DNA from: Callorhinchus milii
Lineage: Eukaryota
Reading direction: 5' to 3'
NCBI RefSeq assembly: GCF_018977255.1
Contig: NW_024704742.1
Span: 108,998,001-109,062,000, forward strand
DNA: 64,000 bases
Shown here: piece by piece, positions 63,076 through 64,000 of the stretch
Layout: each line of letters starts with the position of its first letter
How positions within the stretch are numbered: position 1 is the stretch's first letter
Program-made: the position numbers and the translations under genes
The notes under the pieces: generated by a model
Databases searched by the model: none
Seen by the model: the letters and a program-made list of their open reading frames with translations, nothing else
Told to the model about the DNA's origin: nothing

Positions 63076-64000
63076 GCTATCATGAGTAGACAGTAGAGTT
63101 AATAGTCTGAAAACACGAGAACAGCAACAACAACAAATTATATTTTATAGTACCTTTCACGCCGGAAGGATGTCCCAAAATGAGACTGAATAGGCCAAAT
63201 GTGAAACTATTTTCTGGATTTATTCTCAATCCCATTTAGCACCTTATACAGGTCCCTTTCGAGACATCTCTTTTCAAGGCTGAAAAGCCCTTTATCCAAA
63301 TCTCTCTTGTGAAAAAGCAGCATTTCCTCTATTCCAACACATTACGTCATTCTAGACAGCGAAAAACAACCCTAAATCAAAGAAATCTTTCATTAACATC
63401 CTGGGTTATTCTACCCCAGTGATTTAGAACATCTTAAAGCTACTGCAGACCTTTTAATCATTCTTGGTCTTTAATATTTTCTAAACATTTACTCAGTGTC
63501 ACCAAACCATTGAAGAAATGGTTCCCTAAATTCAAACCAGGATATGAAATAAATTAAGAGGCTCTTCTTGAAGTTAACATCTCACTTTTTATATTGTCCT
63601 ATTAGATCACCTAAAGTTTTACTCTGTAAATCTTTTCTCTGTTGTTTAGATCTATGTTCAGGACACATTGTATTCTTTTTTTGCCTCCTTCCCTCATCTC
63701 TTTACCCTCTGCTGAACATTTTGTATATTTTAATCAAATTCTAATAAGTATCTAGAAAATGTCTAGGAGTCTAGACCAACATACAATCAATGCACAAGAG
63801 CTCCAGTATGAATGCCTGTGAAAGGACCTGTTGATGCTAGAAAATATAAGATCAAAGATGAATATCAGCACAATTCTTCTAGACCTTCTAGAACAAGGTG
63901 GTCCAGCTGGCGGCCCATGGGCCGATTTCATCCAGCCAACTACTCCCTCATTTCACCTGGCCCACCACCTCCCTCCATAACCTGTAAATGTTATGTTTCT

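Noticed and set aside
63895..63945. Possible hAT-like terminus (caaggtggtccagctggcggccc)
   Set aside because: Too short and degenerate; any partner end would be outside the window.

Overview
Eukaryotic, intron-rich vertebrate DNA. The repeat content (tRNA-headed Deu-domain SINEs, L2 and CR1 LINEs, a Penelope-type palindrome) points to a cartilaginous fish, probably a chimaera/elephant-shark-like genome; this is inference. The window holds the ELL2-GLRX-RHOBTB3 block known from other vertebrates. It contains the last two coding exons of ELL2 plus a long putative 3'UTR (+), the complete two-exon CDS of glutaredoxin-1 (+, 105 aa, CPFC), and the last nine coding exons of RHOBTB3 (-, phase-consistent, ending in CaaX CSLM; its 5' exons were not found). 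Most ORF-track entries are repeat or satellite artefacts. Main oddities: (1) a composite element with a U2 snRNA-derived head and an AATAAA/poly(A) tail, interrupted by CR1; (2) a ~3.7 kb 33/31-bp minisatellite ending at the GLRX promoter, with a polarised sequence gradient, four phased MRE cores, dozens of Pumilio-type motifs and a duplicated SINE; (3) a palindrome carrying two degenerate hammerhead cores; (4) three tandem splice donors on one RHOBTB3 exon. Family assignments come from recalled sequences, not from database searches.
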